Shown here: one piece after another, positions 53,131-64,000 of the stretch
Numbering within the stretch: the stretch's first letter is position 1
Layout of the letters: every line of letters starts with the position of its first letter
Origin: Klebsormidium nitens
Taxonomy: Eukaryota > Plantae > Klebsormidiophyceae
Length of the DNA stretch: 64,000 nt
Assembly: GCA_000708835.1 (NCBI GenBank)
Contig: DF237165.1
Location: 1-64,000 of the forward strand
Direction of reading: 5' to 3'
Position numbers and translations under genes: made by a program
Notes under the pieces: generated by a model
Told to the model about the DNA's origin: nothing
Seen by the model: the letters and a program-made list of their open reading frames with translations, nothing else
Databases searched by the model: none

Positions 53131-55595
53131 CTACTTCGTTTGCTTGCGCACTCCTAAAGCGACTGCGCTCCAGTCGAGCCCCTCTTTGCCCTCTTCCTTC
53201 AGCCCTTGCAAATGGCGCAGCATAGTCTCCGCTGTCGCCAGGGGCACGCCAGAGTTCTGCCCTAGCCGTACGATGTGGCTCACGTCCTTGATGCCGTTGA
53301 TGACGGGCGTCCCGGGCCTGTCCGCAGTGCACTCAAAAGCGTCCGTCGTGATGCGGTCGAAGTTGCGCTGCAGGAAGGAGCGAGACGGCGTGTGGGTCGC
53401 GACTGTCTGGCGTGCTTGTGCAGCAATCTTGGGGTCGTTTATTCTACTGTATCGCGACTCCAGAAAAGGCAAACACAAGAACAGGAGAGAAGAGTTTCGA
53501 GCGTCGGGTTTCGCTACTACGCAGGCTTTAGAATCCCGTGTAACCTTTCCCCTTGTCCTTATCATAAAGTAAGGCGCAGCGTTTAGAGAGGGCCTGTTTT
53601 CATGCATGATCGGGAAGAATTTGGGGAGACAGCCCAAAAGTCGCTTCTGGCGAGATCAGCCTGAACGAGGCAACCGCGTTTTCGAGAGGGACGCAAAAAT
53701 CTCCCTAAGCGGCACGGACAATCAAAGAATGGCTAACTGGTGCGGGTGCTCTCGAACGAACCTCGACGATAGGAGAGGGGTACAGCAGGTTGAGCACTTC
53801 CAGGACAGCGGACTGCGGGATGTTGTTCCGGTCGGCAAGCGCGGTGCCTTCCGCGATGAGTTCGATCATGCTCGAGACGAAGAAGTTGCCGATCAGCTTG
53901 AGGGCGCCCGACGAGCGCGCTTGATCGCCCACGTCGAGCACGCCCTTTCCGATGGCCTCCAAATACGGCTTGGCCTGCAGTCATTATAGAATGGTGTCGA
54001 AGTTGGCTACAGGCTCGGATCAGAAGTAAGCTTCGGAATGCAACGGAGGGGAACGGTTGACGGACGGCTGAGCTAGTCAATCGTGCGGGCGATTTTCTCA
54101 ACACGTTGGGGGCTCGAGAAAGGTCTAGCAGATTGGCTGCAGCTCCCATCCGAAGGATATGCCTGTCCCTTATCTTGAGCAACTCATAGCTTGGGGATTG
54201 AGAGTTTCACGTTCAAAACCTTCCCCTTGGAGCTTGTGCTGAAAAGACATCACTATATATCGATGTAAACAGCAATAGAATTGAGACCCACTAGTTGTTC
54301 GTCGCTTTTTCATCTCGTACCTGCGCTCTCGACTCTGCGTCCCCAGCTGAGACCACCAGCAGCTTTTTGTCGGCAGCGGCGCCCGGGCCTCCAAACACTG
54401 GGCAGTGGATGAAGTGTACTTCGGCTAGCTGGCCCTTCTCAGTCAGCTCCTCTGCAGGAAACAATTGCACATTCACGAGATGATATCTCCACATAAAACA
54501 TCAGGATGCTGCCAGCCTCAGGTCACTCTCGACCCGCTTTGACCAATTGTGCCCATCAACTATTGGCGGGGTGACGACTGAAGGATACGATTTTGAATGT
54601 GGGTCAAAAAATGGAGTAGCCGCATTCTTCTCCACTTTCGACAAGCATTAAAGACTGGTTAAAGATTCGTTGCTCAGCCTCTGCTATCGTCTTCTTCAAT
54701 TGTCGCCCAGAGATGTGGTATGAAGTGTATTGCTCACCTGCGGTGGTGGGGTAGATAGTGCTGCAGTCGATGTAGAGGCTCCCCCTGCTGGGCTTCCCCT
54801 GGAGGTACTCCCCGAAGACCTCCTGCACCGCCGCGTCATTTGCCAGGCACGACATCACCACCGAGCATTTTGCAGGCAAGTCGCTCGGAGAATTGACGAG
54901 AGTGGCACCCTTGTCAACCAGGAAGGAAGCCTTGTCCTTTGTCCGGTTGCTTACAAAGAAGGGTCGGCCCTCTTGTTGAGTGTAGGCGAGGAGGTTGGCA
55001 GCAATCCCTGGAAGATTGCAAGGACGGCGGATTTTCGTTGATGGAGTGGTGGTACGTAAAAACTTTTGACTAATAAGACCGCTTGGCCCGCTCTGCATTG
55101 GAGATTGAGAAGCGAAACCCGATTTGACTGTGCCCATTTCATAGTAGAACATCAAACTTTCACAAGGGATGTCCGGGGTGTACGTAACTTCATGACTGTA
55201 GGAAGGATGGTTCCCAATGAAAGCTGTGTCAGCCTTATGAATTTTGAAACAGCATTGTCATTGGTGTGCACCATCAAGAAGGCCAGCTATGCTGCTAGAT
55301 AACTCAGGAAGACTGGTTCCAGTTTTGACCCTCATGCTTTTCTCAGAAAGCCTAATGATCGTACAATTCGGACCTGGTCACAAGGGCAACAATGCGCGAC
55401 GCGCCTGCATAACGCCAAACCCTAAGGTCTCGTTTCTTTTGCCCACCACACCACCCCCGCTGCTCAGCATCGATTCAAATGACAGCTCCAGAGCGTTGTC
55501 ATGATCTAGGCACCGCTACAAATGACCTCACCTTTGCCCATGGCCCCAATCCCAACATAGCCCACCCCGTTGTTTTCGTGCGAGGTCTCAGCCAT
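53131..55595 (-). CDS. NAD(P)-dependent beta-hydroxyacid dehydrogenase family oxidoreductase (6PGDH/3-hydroxyisobutyrate dehydrogenase-like)
   Basis: MAETSHENNGVGYVGIGAMGK-GIAANL (Rossmann GxGxMG), VSNRT, VVMSCLAND, YIDCSTIYP, HCPVFGG, GALKLIGN (catalytic Lys) and KDVSHI. Five exons. Confidence 0.88.
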
Positions 55596-56149
55596 TGTGC
55601 TCGATGCTACAACAACGCGCCTAAAACCTTGAGACGAGACCCTACCGAATCTTTGGACGTAAACAAATATCAGTTTATGGTAAGAAGCGCCAGCAGCACA
55701 CTAGCTAGTGGCTGTCAGTTCCCTAACTTAGCTGGACTTGGCTATAATGTGGGCTGCCTGACTTTCTAACACTTGATTGCAGGACTGGCCTGACACAGCG
55801 TTCTCCAATGATAGTGACAGCTTATCTAGGCAAGTTATATTTCAGTATAGAAAAGCAGTAATGCAGCTAGTGAGGCCTGTAATTATACTTTGTTCAGGCT
55901 GGAAAGCCTGTCTCAGAAGAAACGGATCCTTCCAACAAAGATCTTACTGACTCAGTGATTGATCGCAGGAAGCTCCGAACCTGAAGCTGCAGCTGAGGTT
56001 GGCGCTAGTCTCAGGCAGTCGCCCTGAATAAGACGGACTTTCTTTTGGATCTGTGGTCAGGATTTCCTGTGCTGCACCTATGAAATAGAAGGTAGGTCGA
56101 ACTCTTGTGCAACATGTTCATGCTGGCATTGTTGTGCCGTTGCCAGATG

Positions 56150-56910
56150 GTCTTTTTCACCTCAAGTAAGTTGCATGCTGAAAATGCGAACACGTAAGCG
56201 CTCTCCTCCTCCATTCAAATACCTACACAGGTGCGGAGGCTGGAGCCGTACTTTTCCTTCATGTACGAATCTGTACCAAGCCCTCCCACACTTTTCTGTA
56301 CGGATACCCGGTACGTACCGGAGATGTGCTGAGATTGGGTACAACGCAGGTACAAAGCTTCTCTAGAGAATTAGGTAGGTACATAGGTAGGAAGGTACAT
56401 CAAACCATATGTACAAGGAAACCCTAACACGTTGAAACAACTTGAAAGTATCTTCTTTACACCTGCCTGGGTACAGTCCGAGTGCGCGCACCTACCTATT
56501 TCACCCCAATGATCCGGTCATCATTACGCAGTTGACCAGCACCCGGTCAGGGGCGCAAATTGCAATGTCACATGTGCATTGTGCATGCGTTCACCCCGGG
56601 TGTCGTGCTACCTAGCAGGATTCCAGGAATCCGGGGGAATCTCCCTTCCATGATGAGGGAGCCATACAGACACGTCCACCTGGCATACCAGTACCTTGTC
56701 GGCCCTTTTCTCTGCATGCATTGGGGATACGTCACACGGAAAGCAATAAAGCCCGCCATGCAAGGTCAAATACAGGTAAAACCGTGATTTAACCGACATT
56801 GAGTACTCTCTACCATGTACAGCCCGGGCACTCAGCCCTGATGATGCAGATTGTGCATTGGTTCCAAAGAGAGAAGCTCTGCGCGTTCATGTACGGTAGG
56901 TACCTACCTA
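56150..56910. promoter_or_regulatory. Bidirectional promoter region (dehydrogenase / second methyltransferase) rich in GTAC/GTAGGTAC
   Basis: 8-mer hits at 56375, 56896 and 56900, plus many GTAC. Confidence 0.55.
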
Positions 56911-57810
56911 GGCATTGCGGGAAGCTGAGCTAAAGCACGGAGTTTTAGAAGCCAGACGTCATCGCAAGCTGTCAAACAAGTTCCCGAGACAAGAGACTGA
57001 TCAGAGAAGCCGGCGTTTTGTAGCACATTGCTTTCTGCAATCTACTTGCATCGAGCCTTCCAGCTCTACTTCAACACAATCCCGCTGGTTCCTTCGATTC
57101 AGTGTGGTGGTTGGCTCTTGTGCAATAGCAAGTATTCAAAGCTCTGAAGTACGTGCATTCCTTGTTCTTGCAACCCTTTGTGTTCGTGACTTCAGTGTTC
57201 AGCATGGCTCCAACTACGCCTTTCGGGGATTCTGCAACAGCGCAGCCAGCAGGTGAGCTGGAAGAGAAGCAAAACCAATGTCGATGAAGACCGTGACGTA
57301 AGCTGAATGCAGGATTGCGCATGATCGCAAGCAGCCTTCTGCTTGGTCCTCTCGTAAGTTTACTTCGTGATGGTGGTGCCAAATCCAGAGGAAGGCCAGT
57401 GCAAAGCGGAAGGAGATCTTTGATGCCATCGATATTGAGCAGAAATGAGTCTCGTTGAGCTCAGAGCTGATGCCAGTATGCCATATCTGCAAAGTGTTGT
57501 GCTTCGTGCTCACACTCCGGGCTATTACTAGATCTGGCCGCTGCGCATCTGGTCGAAATAATGTGTTTACCCAGCATCTAGCAAGAGTTTTTTGCTCATC
57601 TGCAAACAAATTCTCAAAAGCAATGTGGAATTTCAGCAGAGGCTTTACTCCTCTCCGTCTGGAACACAGCCAACTGAGCTCACTGTCCTCCAAGCAGATG
57701 ACGCGCGGTGACTTTGATAACAGATGAGCCTCTCGCAGGAATGTATGGTACATGATGAGCAACTTCAGGCGCCTTGATCTTTGGATTGTAACACAGTGTA
57801 TGAAGCGAGC

Positions 57811-60800
57811 ATGATTCCTGCCTCAGGTGCAGCCAATGGGGCCAAGCGCACCACCGAGATCTCTGGCTATGAAAGCGCATATGCGAAATCATCATCTAGT
57901 GGCAGTGTGGCCATTGGTAAGTGCGGACTTTGTGTACACCTTTGACACAGCACTGCTTTCTTTGTGAAAGTACTGGCAGAACTCTTTTGAGCAGTGTCAG
58001 GGGGGCCCGATGACCCATCTGCTTCTAAAGGTATAGAGTATGAGCCCTTCGAGTGAGCTATGTTCTCCAGATCTGTTGCTGTTTCTACTTGAGCTGTGGT
58101 GAGTGCGCACTACCCGAGCTTCCAACAAGTTGCTTGCTGGAAATGGTTGCTCGCTATGTCGAGAATGTGTATCCCTGTCCAGAGCTCAAGGAATTCTTAA
58201 GTGATGCCAGTGTGACTCTTTTTGGTGCAGCCCGCGTGTACGAGGCGATTCAGGGGCACTGGTACAGTGCCTGCCTCGGCGTTCTGCTGGAGCTGAACAT
58301 TGCGGACATCCTTGAAAAGGAGACCCAGCCCATCTCTGTTGAGGATGTGAGTTGCATTCTCAGCTGTCTAACCTGGCAGAAGACAGGGTCAATGATTCCA
58401 ACGAAGCCAGGTTTGCAGCACTTCAACGATATGAGCCGCTTCCTTTGATTCCAGTGGGGCAGTTGACATGTTGTAACACTCGAGTGCTCAAGCCAGTGCA
58501 CCAGCCTGCTCTCAAAGAATGCAGTTCAGCGCTCCACAGGTCTTTTTCGCACCGTCGGATTCTGAAGAATTTGTATGCCCCCAACAGATGCTTGGTCCCA
58601 TAGCGGTTCATCATTTGCAATTGCACGGATGGGCACAATGCATCCAGCCAGCTCTGAACTGACGGTTCTTTGTGGTCATCACAGCTGGCCAAGAAGTCGG
58701 ACGTGTCTGCACCTGGAGTAGAGTACTTGTATAAAGTGCTGAGGGCGCTAGCGCAATGGGGGATCCTGGACGAGGAGGCAGGTCAGAACCCTAATTTTTC
58801 AATGATGGCCCCTGAAAGCATGATGCCCTGCAGCTAGGAAATTGTTTCACAGATCTCCGAAGTTGTACACCTTTTGGGAGACTTCTGTGGTGCACTGAGC
58901 AGATTACCTTCACCTAACATAGATTCTGCCTTTCTTCTGCCTTTCTAATTTGTGCGCAAAATCTTCCCTTTTTCGTCAGTGAGCATCTTGTGATTGTTGC
59001 CTCAAGTCCTTGGTATAACGAACCTGATATGGCCAGGTATAACGAACCTATAATAACGAGAACGGAAGGAAAAACAAATTAGCAAGACATTGTGCATTTA
59101 AGAGGTTCGATGCCGTTTGCAGACTTAGCATGGGTCACCTCGCGGTTTGACTTTCTCAAGGACGGTTGTTGCAGGCAAGAAGTTCTCGGCCAATGACTCC
59201 ACCCGGCAACTGGTGCGTCCCCCCGGCCAGCCGACGCTGGGCCACTTTGCACACCACCAGATCAACCAGCCCAAGTGGGACGCCTGGAAGGTCCTGCCCG
59301 AGGCAGTGCGGCTCGGCAAGACGCCCTTCGCGGTGGCGCACGGCACCGACATGTACGGGGTAAGGTGCCGCTGACAATACATGATCACGCTTCCAAATGG
59401 TCGTGAGAAGCTGCTTCGAGATGTCCGATTTGCGAAAGATAAGCAAGCAACGAAAGGAAAAGGTCTCTTTTGTCGCTGAGAGGGAACGTAAATTGGATCT
59501 TGTTGCTACTTAGATCTGGCTTGAAATATGGTGGGCCGCTTATCTCCGTGTCGATCAGCCGAAAAGATGATTGACTTCCAAAAACTTCGTGGTCAAGATT
59601 CCTCGTTTACAGGCCTTCTTCCTCCGTTGTACTAACGTGTGGAAACAGCGAAAGCAGAAAACTAATTCAGGAGCCGATGTGGGCACTCCGAGCTGTTATA
59701 CGACTTTGCTCTTGGCAGGTCAACGCTCCGGGGACCGGGCCTCCTTGTGAACGCAGTTGGGCTTGTGTCTATTCCAAAAACGTGAAACCCCCACGAACAA
59801 AGTTTTGTGGTGTTCTACGCCAGACAGTTGCCTCGAATATTGGCATCGCTCAAGGACCCGCTCTGTCTCCTTACCCCCAACAGCATCCTGCCCTTCCACG
59901 TTTCCCCCCTGGTTTTCTCTCAAGCTTGAAACTTTACACCTTTCCTTCCAATTCTTGAAGCCCCCGCTTCTCCTTTCCCCAGTATGACAACAAGCCCGAG
60001 AACGCGGCGTTCCACGAGGAGTTCATGCAGTCAATGACCTACTTCACCAAGCACAGTCTCGACGAGGGGGGCCAGGTCACGCTTAAGGATGTGTACGACT
60101 GGAGTCAGGTCGGTACGGTGATGGACGTGGGTGGCGCGCGTGGCGAGCTGCTGAGCCGGTGCATGCTGTACGCGGGGGAGAAGGCGCGGGGGGTGCTGCT
60201 TGATCGGCCCTTCGTGGTCGCCAGGTAAGAAAGAAAGAAAAATGGGGGTGCTTGAGCAGTATTGTTGGCGCAGGATGGTGCTCTGTTCAGAGCTTGCACG
60301 GGAGATTCTCGGGCCGTCGGCTTTCGACCTTTTTGGAGTGGACCCTTATGAGCTTGCGATTGTGGGGACGGAGAGCCAAATCAATCAATGTGAGCAACCT
60401 GCGGTCGCTTGGTGCGTGGCAACAGTTTCGCAATCTGCTGAAACCTAGAATGAGGAAGTTGGACGTCCTCTCCTTCGTGCGCTCAAGCTCTCAGAATCCG
60501 TCATTCAGTGCCACTGCCCAAAAAACATTTCTGACTGAAGCAGAGACGAAGGGATCTGAGTACAGCTACGTTCCGTCCTGATCATCCTGACCAATGCGCT
60601 CAACGGATGGGTCTGGTCTTCAACATGCCGAGGGCATCTTTCTTTTTGCAGCGTCGACGTAGACGCCACGTTCGAAGCGAAGGGCGTAAAGTCCGCGCGC
60701 GAGCGGCTGTCCCTGGTGGGCACGGAGGATGTGCGGACGCCCTTCCCGGACGCCGTCAAGGCCGCCCACGTGGACACGATCATCATGAAGCATTTCTTGT

Positions 60801-61903
60801 CCGGATTCACGGACGACGACGCCCGGATCGTGCTCAAGCATTGCGGGGAGGTGCTGGAGCCCAACGGGAAGGTGCTGCTGCTGCAGGTGGGCTTTTGAGG
60901 ACGGGACATCTACTGTCTGAACTTTTGGACCTTGAGAGCCCTTGACTGATGAAGGGCAGCAAAGGGTCTCCGTACAGCAGAAAGGTGTTTCAGATGAGAA
61001 GACGTTCCGCAGTTTGTGAGTCAGGGTTGAGGAATCAGTTTAGAACGAGACGTAGTCGCCTTTGATTCTGAACAATTGGTCGTTGTGGACCTGCGCCGTA
61101 TTGGGTTTCTTGGCGGTCCTTATCCTTCTCGCTTATTTGATCAGGGGCTTGTTGCAGTGACCTTTGCTGCCAAGTCAGTCATTCTGAGCCCTACTGCGTA
61201 TTTTGTACGGGAAACTTCGTTTCATGTCATCAAACTGGTTCATTTGTATCATCTCATGCTCAACCGGTTGCCCAGCCAATCAGGCTCTCAAAGGTGAAAT
61301 TGAGTCTCAACCCCTTCTTTTCGCCTCGCGCAGACCCTCGTACCGGAGGCCGGCGATAGGACCAACAATGTCTGTGAAGACGGAGTGGCCCCGGGTAAGT
61401 AGATTGACACGTCATTACCCGTCTTTATCCTCTTTCGTTCGCCCTCTCTATCACGAGGCTGTACATTCTTAGCTTTGCTGATCAAGTTTGCTGGGAGAGC
61501 TCTGATTTTAATCTCCTTTCTCCCAATCAGATAGCTGCCAGCTTGGAATCTGTTTCTTACCGGTTTTGCTTTATTTTGGGCGGCTTTCTGGCCTTTGACT
61601 TCTCTTTGTCGGTCACCAGAACGGATTGCAGCCACCATATTGTCCTACCGAAATTCCACTCCTTCCATTAAGTCCGCTCCATAATTCTTTCTGCCGTGGC
61701 ACGAAGGTCGAAAACCTGAGCTTCTTACTGTGTCTTCTCGTTTCCCAGGTCTGTTCGCGATCGAGATCCTGGCCATGTGCCCGGGCGGCTCATGGAGGAC
61801 GCGCAGCGAGTGGGAGGAGATCTTCGGGTCGCAGAGCTTCAAGCTGGACAGCAGCAAGCCGGTGGGGCCCAACATGCACCTCATGGTGTGGAGCAAGCAG
61901 TAA
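57811..61903 (+). CDS. Class II SAM-dependent methyltransferase with dimerisation domain (COMT/ASMT/PhzM fold; O- or N-methyltransferase)
   Basis: LELNIADIL and LYKVLRALAQWGIL (winged-helix dimerisation part), GKTPFAVAHG, VMDVGGARG, LLDRPFVV, IMKHFLSGFTDDDARIVLKHC, PNGKVLL and GGSWRTRSEWEEIF. Stop TAA at 61901-61903. Confidence 0.88.
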
Positions 61904-63623
61904 CTGCGAACAACTGCGTGACGGTACGGTCGAAAGTTTTGAGGGCTGTTGGAGCGGGGACGGTTCGATTGCTTGGAATCGAGGGGTTAAGCGAACGCGG
62001 TTGAGGGTAGACTAGGGGGGCCTGACTGTGACTCTTGTGTGATGGATAGTGAACGAAGATCCAGGACGTCAACTGTAGGGGAGTCGAACAAGCCAGGTGT
62101 CCGTTAGGCGATTGATTCGTCGGAGGGAGAGCGCCGAAAAGAACTTTTACTTGTGAAGAATTTTATTCAGGCACGTGTTGATGGAAGTCAAAAGTAAGAC
62201 GAGGACCGACAGCCTGCCAATTCCTGGGTCCCCGCTGAGGTCATTAGCCTGCGGACATGTGCCTTATTTTTGCCGTGACATCTAGTGAACGACGGGCCCT
62301 CCTTGAGTGCGTCACCGACATCGGATATCGCGTTATTGCTTTTCTTTCTATTTGATGCACGTTCTCATGACATGAAGCATCGACTTGGTGCTGCTACATA
62401 TCTTGAACCGTAGTTAGAGCGGTCAAGTAGGACGGAACCGTACTGGAAAAATGTGTCACTTGTACCATACGAAACGTACTGAAACTTAAAGCGGCAGCTT
62501 TTTTTCATGACGCTGCCGCTCTGAAATGGGTACATCCCTTTGCCATGGCCATTATGCCCTGATGCCCTAGTTGACGCGCTTTTTTCCTTATGTCTGCGTG
62601 AATGCCTGAATGAAATGCATAATCGCCACAAGTGACGGGCTAGTAACCTGCAACGACCTGCTTTACTGCTGAACAGAAGCTTGTTTTTTACATGTTGTAT
62701 ATCTCTGTGATCGATGTGACTTCAAAAACACAAATTCTAGATGGCCGGAAGGAGCAGCTCCAAACTGAGCTGTCTGCGCCAGGTGGTTCCAAAACTTGCC
62801 TCGATCCTTTATCAATTGTGTGAATGGAAATCAAACTCGACGTCGTTGTTTTGAAGACGGCCCAGAAAGCCTACGACACACTTAAGCAACAATGTGCTGC
62901 TAGATAGAGTTGATTATCAATTTGTTCAACATATATATTCTACGACTCATGTGTACAATTTTCTGGGCTCCCTCAAGTGCTCCTTTGATTGCTTCACAAG
63001 CTAGCCATCCCAGGAGAGCCGGCTCCTGAGACTCCGAGGCGCCTGTTCAGGAAGCGGGCCTACTTCTGGCGATCATCAGCATGTGCGCATCCGGCAGTGC
63101 TGTGATCACAGCCATGGTATGTGCGAGGGCGCAAGACATGAGGATGCCCTCGTGATTGCACCGACTTCTTTGAGGATGACCGGCCTGCTAATTACGGCTT
63201 TGATTCAAACAATTCAGAGCTTGCATACGTTCTGTCCAATCGTGAGGGTCATGACTGAGTTGAACGGGAGACTAAAATTCTGGACACATAGAGGGCGCTG
63301 ATGGAAGTCGCACAGTGCTACACTTCCGACTCCGAAGTCGCGGAATCTGAGCACGAAGGTGCAGGCCTTTACGGCCTGCTAGACTCATTCGCTGCAGGAA
63401 CTAAATTTGGACCCTCACTCAATACGTGAAGAAAACGCTGCGGGCTCAGACTTGTGCGTTTCGTATCCGCCTTATACCTCCCTGCAATCAAGATCTTTGC
63501 CCTCACGCCTTCGCTTTTCGCATCCTCGCTCTCCGCCAACGGGGTTGACAACTTCTGATCGGAGACGCCGTGGCGAGCTGCTTCCGGTCCTCCAACTCGA
63601 GCGTAATCCTGAGCCGTCGATCT

Positions 63624-63890
63624 GCCACGTGGCATCATCGAAACGGCAGGACTCTTCTTTAGCAAGCTGGCCCACAAGAAACCCCCAGACTTTGAGGGTA
63701 TAAATGCAGACGCGGTTCCTCCGAGAGGCGCCGACGCCAGAGGCGTTTAAGGGACGGAGTCCCGAGTTCAGGGCTGAGCCCAGGGGGAAACCCGGCCGCC
63801 AGGGCAGAGCCCTGTTCAATGAGTGCCTCCTTCCCCAGGGCAGAGCCCTGTTCACACCAAATCTTCCCAAACGCACCAAACCACCACTGC
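63624..63890 (+). repeat. Distant member (F) of the structured element family
   Basis: G-box 63624, GCCCAC 63670 (46 nt after the G-box, as in copy A), TATAAAT 63699 (29 nt after GCCCAC), two CAGGGC-AGA-GCCCTG-TTCA hairpins and a C/A-rich tail. Confidence 0.65.
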
Positions 63891-64000
63891 CCTTCGACTC
63901 ATCCCTTATTCATGTGTACACGGCCCGCCTCACTACGTACAGGCAGCCCCCTGCACCATCCATGTCTTAAACTCGATGCGGAATTGAGAGTCTGTTCAAA

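Larger units (their letters stand above)
35402..61903. other. Five-gene gadusol/mycosporine biosynthetic gene cluster
   Basis: EEVS(-), MT-Ox(+), MysC(+), beta-HAD(-) and MT2(+) are contiguous with no unrelated gene recognised between them, and their promoters share motifs. Confidence 0.85.

Noticed and set aside
1-64000. CRISPR arrays, rRNA genes, prokaryotic operons or contamination
   Set aside because: No regularly spaced repeat-spacer array or rRNA sequence was seen. All cluster genes contain spliceosomal introns, so they are integrated nuclear genes.

Overview
Intron-rich eukaryotic nuclear DNA, most likely from a streptophyte alga of the Klebsormidium type. This is inferred from land-plant-like HST/ABC1K6/SYP5 orthologues, GT-AG introns and TTTTAGGG-type telo-boxes. 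All protein calls rest on my recognition of family motifs after manual splicing, not on database searches. 0.8-26.3 kb holds ordinary genes: homogentisate solanesyltransferase, a weak RING-like hypothetical, ABC1K6 kinase, SYP5 SNARE and an MFSD12-like transporter. 27-34 kb has no convincing protein gene. It contains a 253-nt RNA built on a tRNA(Ala)-like frame with a ~200-nt structured insert, and at least five copies of a ~66-nt GC-rich structured element; the three best-conserved copies share a fixed-spacing G-box/GCCCAC/TATA promoter, and a sixth relative with the same promoter lies at 63.6-63.9 kb. 35.4-61.9 kb is an uninterrupted five-gene UV-sunscreen biosynthetic cluster. It encodes an EEVS-type sugar-phosphate cyclase head-to-head with a fused methyltransferase-oxidoreductase (MT-Ox, the gadusol pair known from fish), a MysC-type ATP-grasp ligase, a beta-hydroxyacid dehydrogenase and a second class-II methyltransferase. 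All three promoter regions of the cluster carry dense GTAC/GTAGGTAC motifs. The combination predicts a hybrid gadusol-based mycosporine pathway and is a candidate klebsormidin cluster.
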